From: Candidatus Poribacteria bacterium
GTDB lineage: Bacteria > Poribacteria > WGA-4E > WGA-3G
Assembly (NCBI GenBank): GCA_964291315.2
Contig: OZ219753.1
Span: forward strand, 3,040,001-3,104,000
Length of the DNA: 64,000 nucleotides
Direction of reading: 5' to 3'
This document shows positions 59,825 to 64,000 of the stretch, piece after piece (the stretch's first letter is position 1; each line of letters starts with the position of its first letter). A model generated the notes under the pieces. It had not been told where the DNA came from. It was given only the letters and a program-made list of their open reading frames with translations, and searched no databases. The position numbers and the translations under genes were made by a program.

Positions 59825-59864
59825 AAAAAGCTAAACTTTTCGGACTGAAAGGGATATATTAAAT
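59825..59864 (+). promoter_or_regulatory. Repeated promoter-like motif
   Basis: AAAAAGCTAAACTTTTCGGACTGAAAGGGATATATTAAAT, near-identical to 62544-62584. Confidence 0.6.
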
Positions 59865-60509
59865 GACAGGACGAGAATTGTTTGTAGTCTCTGTCGGACC
59901 GTTTCCCACTCATCCTGTTCCGTTCCCACCCACCCTGTTTCTTGGCGGAAGCGCGGTGCATTGAGGGGCGTGCCGGCCCCTCTCCTTTGTTTTAGGGAGC
60001 GATGAATATCTATAGAAAGTATCTAGGAAATACGCCCCCAGAGGATACCGACCACAACGGTCTCAGTTCACCTTTTTTTGACAACCAACGTGCAGCTGAT
60101 ATATAGTTTACGGAAACAGAACTGTCGGAGACACCAGGGATTCGTTTCTGTCGGCTTCCTCATCGTTTAGCTATTGATATAGAGCCACCTGTGCGCGACG
60201 CAAAACGGTACGGTTTCTTTATCGACAAAAACGCATCGCATTTTTCCGCGGAAACAAAGTATCCTCAAAGCGTTCGGATGAAAGAAACGTTATCAGCTGC
60301 AAACGTTGTTGCTGCTAGTTGGAACTACAGCACCTAACTCAACGTCTTGATCGTTGTTAAAACCATTACAGAACCCAACTAACTATAGCTAGCACTGGGT
60401 ACACTTACTGATGGGTCTTCCGCAGATGTTCGCGTTTCATTGGCGTATGTCCGTAGATGTGCGAATGATTATCTAAATCGGCGAGGACTATTGTTCTAGA
60501 CCAATTTTC

Positions 60510-60538
60510 TTGACAAAAAACGTGTATTTGTGTAGAAT
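60510..60538 (+). promoter_or_regulatory. Sigma70-like promoter
   Basis: TTGACA-17-TAGAAT; spacer and downstream leader are homologous to 50660-50688. Confidence 0.65.
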
Positions 60539-60816
60539 GAGAGAATAACGTAAAGTGCCGCGTTTTTGGAAGTGGCAGCCGCTCAGAGATTTTCAGCGGT
60601 GCGTAGAAAGTGTTCTCATTGCAAGTCGACGTGGATATGCCTGCCACAGCCCAACGCGGATAGTGCATACCGAAAGCAACTCATAAACGTTGCACAAGTT
60701 GTGCGTTTTTCGGTGACCACCTCACATTGATAACCAGCGGAGTACCAAGGAGGTAAAATACTTTTCAGATTTTGCCTTCCATACAGCAATCCACGAAAAT
60801 AAGGAGAACACAACAA

Positions 60817-61674
60817 ATGCTTTTTATTTCACGCCCTATCATCACACTGTTGATTCTAGCCGTCGTCAGTTCATCCATTTTTTTCATAGCCCCCGTCGAA
60901 AATACTGAGGCACATCCGTATGAAGGCCATTCTCACATCTATGAGGTAGCTGCTTCTCCGTGGGCAGAGCATCTCGAAACGTTTCAACAACTCCTTCGGG
61001 CAGATCCGAAAGCCGCGCGCATCGAACTTCAGAACGTCGCGGAAGACCTTTTCGGAGAACACACGCTCCGCGAGGAATGGGTCGTGCTTTTCTTCCGAAT
61101 CAGCAAAGACGGAACTAAAGACATCTCGGATGTTCAGCGCTTACATGAACTCGAAATCCGGATGCTGACAGCGATTGATGCCAAAAAGTACGCACAGCAA
61201 ATACAGCAGCATCAAGAAGCACTTGCCGACTTGACAGAACCCGACGCTGTTTTGGGCGATGAGGATCTAAAAGCCCCCATCGATGCAGAACCGCCTCCCT
61301 TGTCGCAAACAACGTCAAAAACAATATCGGATATCGCATACAAAACGTTTTTTCAACTTGTAGCCGACAACAAAGAAGCAGCAAATGCCATGCTTGACAT
61401 TTATGCCTTAATTTCCTTTGAGAACCATCCGCTCTCCAAAGAGTGGAAAACACTCTTTTATCAACTCTGCCGGAACCAGGAAGCCACTCACTCTGAAGCG
61501 AGTCGTCTCTTTGAGTTAAGAAAGCAGATGCTGACAGACAATGACCCGAAGAAGTATGCAAAGGAAATCAAACGTTTATCTGGTATGCTCAACAAAATGA
61601 AACTCACGCAGAAATTACTCGAACGCCACGGTGAGGCAGATGAGAAATTCCCATTTACCGTCGCGCCGGAATAA
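60817..61674 (+). CDS. Secreted hypothetical protein with two internal repeats (family C)
   Basis: AAGGAG RBS, signal peptide; HELEIRMLTAIDA and other segments shared with 43604-44500. Confidence 0.8.
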   Translation: MLFISRPIITLLILAVVSSSIFFIAPVENTEAHPYEGHSHIYEVAASPWAEHLETFQQLLRADPKAARIELQNVAEDLFGEHTLREEWVVLFFRISKDGTKDISDVQRLHELEIRMLTAIDAKKYAQQIQQHQEALADLTEPDAVLGDEDLKAPIDAEPPPLSQTTSKTISDIAYKTFFQLVADNKEAANAMLDIYALISFENHPLSKEWKTLFYQLCRNQEATHSEASRLFELRKQMLTDNDPKKYAKEIKRLSGMLNKMKLTQKLLERHGEADEKFPFTVAPE

Positions 61675-61710
61675 GACCGCACAGGCAAATCAAAAAAAGG
61701 GGGGACATCC

Positions 61711-62463
61711 ATGAAATCCATCAAACGCTCTTCACTTATCGGTCCCACGATCCTGATCGTCCTTATTTGTGTCGGGGTTTGGCTGTACACCAAGTGGGAC
61801 CTAAAGCAGTCTATAGAATCGTTGCCGAAACCTCCTTCTCCGCAGACAACAACACGAGACGCTTCTGCCACAGAACAAGCGACACATCTACAGGTGGCAA
61901 CAGAAAACGATCCAACGATGCCTTCACAGCCAGGCAAAGCCGTTAAAAACACAGAAACGCTCAACGCCGAACAACCCTCCGATACGGTCGCGGTGCAGGA
62001 AGTACCTGCGGACACTGCTGATCCCAACGAGGGGTTAGACATGTTTCTTGGAGACTTCACAGCGGGCGCGGTCTCATTTGGAGATTGGACGGATAATGCC
62101 GAAGAGGCCCCCTACGACATGGAAGTCGTCAAAGCAGGCTTCGACGATTACAATACTTATCTTCAGAGCGATCCCGAATATGCCTACCAAAGACTCGATG
62201 ACGCGTTTCGAGAGCAATATGGAGATGACCCAGATGTCGACATCCTCGTTGAAATGATCAGACACGGCAATGAAGGGAGCATGCCCATCGACAAGGCGAT
62301 TGAAGGCGCTGAGGCAATGATAAGGCTGGTCTCCAAGATTAGTCCCCCTGAAGCAATTGAGGATATCCAACTCTTTCGTGACATGCTCTTAGAAAGCAAA
62401 CAAATGGGACTTGAAGAAGGGGTGGAAGTTGAATATAAAGGGAAATACCACATTGGGGAGTAA
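61711..62463 (+). CDS. Single-TM hypothetical protein (family D)
   Basis: Paralog of 48081-48836. Confidence 0.8.
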   Translation: MKSIKRSSLIGPTILIVLICVGVWLYTKWDLKQSIESLPKPPSPQTTTRDASATEQATHLQVATENDPTMPSQPGKAVKNTETLNAEQPSDTVAVQEVPADTADPNEGLDMFLGDFTAGAVSFGDWTDNAEEAPYDMEVVKAGFDDYNTYLQSDPEYAYQRLDDAFREQYGDDPDVDILVEMIRHGNEGSMPIDKAIEGAEAMIRLVSKISPPEAIEDIQLFRDMLLESKQMGLEEGVEVEYKGKYHIGE

Positions 62464-62543
62464 CACCCGATGGAAACTCTCTTTTCCATCTCATCTCTTC
62501 TAGGATTGTTTCTATACTTTACTCTTCTGCAAGAAAACCTGAA

Positions 62544-62584
62544 AAAAAGCTAAACTTTTTGGACTGAAAGGTATATATTAAATA
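62544..62584 (+). promoter_or_regulatory. Repeated promoter-like motif
   Basis: AAAAAGCTAAACTTTTTGGACTGAAAGGTATATATTAAATA immediately before the AAGGAG RBS. Confidence 0.6.
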
Positions 62585-62599
62585 CAAAGGAGATTGAAT

Positions 62600-63379
62600 A
62601 TGAAACCGATGATCGTTTTTCTGATCCTACTCTTGGCTCCGGGGCTTGCCAGCAGTGAACGCCCGAAGGGGATGGTGCTCGTGCCAGCGGGGGATTTTAC
62701 GATGGGAACGGATGACCCGCAAGCCCCGGCTGACCAACGTCCCGCACGCAACGTTCACGTGGGTGCGTTCTATCTCGATACACATGAAGTCACCAACGCC
62801 AAATATGAAGAATTCATCTTGGCAGATGGCTACAACAAACGCAAGTATTGGACGGAAAAAGGCTGGGACTTCATTGAAAAAAAACGGTTCTACTATATCT
62901 CCCCCGGCAAGCAAATCTATCGGGTCGAGAAGCCACTGGGGTTTCGTCACAACAGTGTATCTACGGCACCCGACCATCCCGTCATCGGGGTCAGTTGGTA
63001 TGAAGCATCCGCTTATGCGAAATGGGCGGGGAAGCGGCTGCCGACTGAAGCCGAATGGGAAAAAGGAGCCAGAGGCACGGAGGGGCGTATGTACCCCTGG
63101 GGGAACACCTTTGACTTCTCTAAACTTAACTACTTTCCACACCATCAGAAACTTTTACACGTCGGCAGCTTTCCAATAGGAGCCAGTCCTTACGGTGTTT
63201 TGGATATGGCGGGGAGTGTTGCCGAATGGTGTGCCGATGGCGACAGCGAAAACAAACCGTATCGCGGCGGTGGGTGGAACGCGATACGGATGCAGCTGAA
63301 AACCACTTATAGAGAGACTGCACCGCCCACATATAGACACTGGACCCTCGGCTTCCGATGTGCAAAGGATGTCGACTGA
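62600..63379 (+). CDS. FGE-sulfatase (SUMF1/EgtB/PvdO) domain protein
   Basis: MVLVPAGDFTMG, EVTN, RLPTEAEWEKGARG, YPWG, DMAGSVAEW, GFRC. Confidence 0.92.
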   Translation: MKPMIVFLILLLAPGLASSERPKGMVLVPAGDFTMGTDDPQAPADQRPARNVHVGAFYLDTHEVTNAKYEEFILADGYNKRKYWTEKGWDFIEKKRFYYISPGKQIYRVEKPLGFRHNSVSTAPDHPVIGVSWYEASAYAKWAGKRLPTEAEWEKGARGTEGRMYPWGNTFDFSKLNYFPHHQKLLHVGSFPIGASPYGVLDMAGSVAEWCADGDSENKPYRGGGWNAIRMQLKTTYRETAPPTYRHWTLGFRCAKDVD

Positions 63380-63392
63380 AAGGAGATACCCC

Positions 63393-64000
63393 ATGCGAAA
63401 ATGGATGATTGGAGGCATCGTGCTTGTCATTGTGATGGGTGCCTGGGTACTCTATTTAGCGTATGACACAAAACGGTTCATTCAGAGTCTCCCTGAACCA
63501 CCCACAAACGAAAAGCAACCCTCTGTGAGAATAACGCCACTCAAAACAGCGGTTGATGATACGGCGGTGGAACGAACGGAGGAGAGGATATCCGAGACGC
63601 CCACAACGGAGACAATGGAAAAACCCCTTACAACAACATCAGGCACTTTTCTCGATGAGGTGTCTATTGAAGAATTACAAGGAGCGGATGACACCGGACT
63701 CTCACCGGAATTGGAGCTACTCTTTACAGCATACCATTCCTTAACCCAAGAATACCGTGCGGTTAATAAAGTGCTCAACCCACTCCTTGACAGACACCAT
63801 TTAGCGTCGAATCGAAGAGCTGATATTTTACTCGACGAACTGCCTGCTTCCGTCGACGGCCCGGAACGGCGGGCTTTGGAAAACGAATTCTATGAGATAG
63901 GGGCATGGAAGAAAAGTGTAAAAGAGCAAACCATTGAACTTCAGGAGGAACGCCGGCAAATCGCAGAGGAACGCTCAATCCTCCTCGCAGAATATGGCAT
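63393..64000 (+). CDS. Single-TM hypothetical protein, 3' truncated by window
   Basis: AAGGAG RBS; MRKWMIGGIVLVIVMGAWVLYLAYDTKRFIQSLPEPP...; frame is open to the window end. Confidence 0.8.
   Translation, partial: MRKWMIGGIVLVIVMGAWVLYLAYDTKRFIQSLPEPPTNEKQPSVRITPLKTAVDDTAVERTEERISETPTTETMEKPLTTTSGTFLDEVSIEELQGADDTGLSPELELLFTAYHSLTQEYRAVNKVLNPLLDRHHLASNRRADILLDELPASVDGPERRALENEFYEIGAWKKSVKEQTIELQEERRQIAEERSILLAEYG

Noticed and set aside
43604-64000. Prophage, integron or diversity-generating retroelement as the explanation for the array (FGE-sulfatase folds can be DGR targets)
   Set aside because: No integrase, phage structural gene, attC-like repeat, reverse transcriptase or adenine-specific TR/VR pair was seen in the window.
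1-64000. tRNA/rRNA genes and intact transposases
   Set aside because: None were recognised by eye; a tRNAscan/Infernal run would be needed to exclude them fully.

Overview
Bacterial window, probably Candidatus Poribacteria or a relative. This is inferred from three secreted proteins ending in a VxPxxKLxxxWxxLK tail and from the PhyH, FGE-sulfatase, CRTAC1 and DUF6785 gene content. Bases 1-32 kb are mixed housekeeping and accessory genes (msrA, moaB, rluD-like, transporters, secreted proteins) and include a HEPN/coiled-coil/RecJ-C-like fusion. Bases 32.6-41.5 kb hold a minus-strand class III lanthipeptide cluster: two tandem 37-aa precursors (one absent from the ORF track, one hidden in a longer ORF), LanKC, two ABC exporters and a GT4 glycosyltransferase with a possible RRE-like C-terminal domain. 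It is a candidate glyco-lanthipeptide system. Bases 43.6-64 kb are an array of about 17 uncharacterised membrane-anchored or secreted proteins. They form paralog pairs, four share an N-terminal anchor module, several sit behind a repeated non-sigma70 promoter-like motif, and the region carries scars of duplication and deletion. All family calls were made by eye from motifs; no database search was run.
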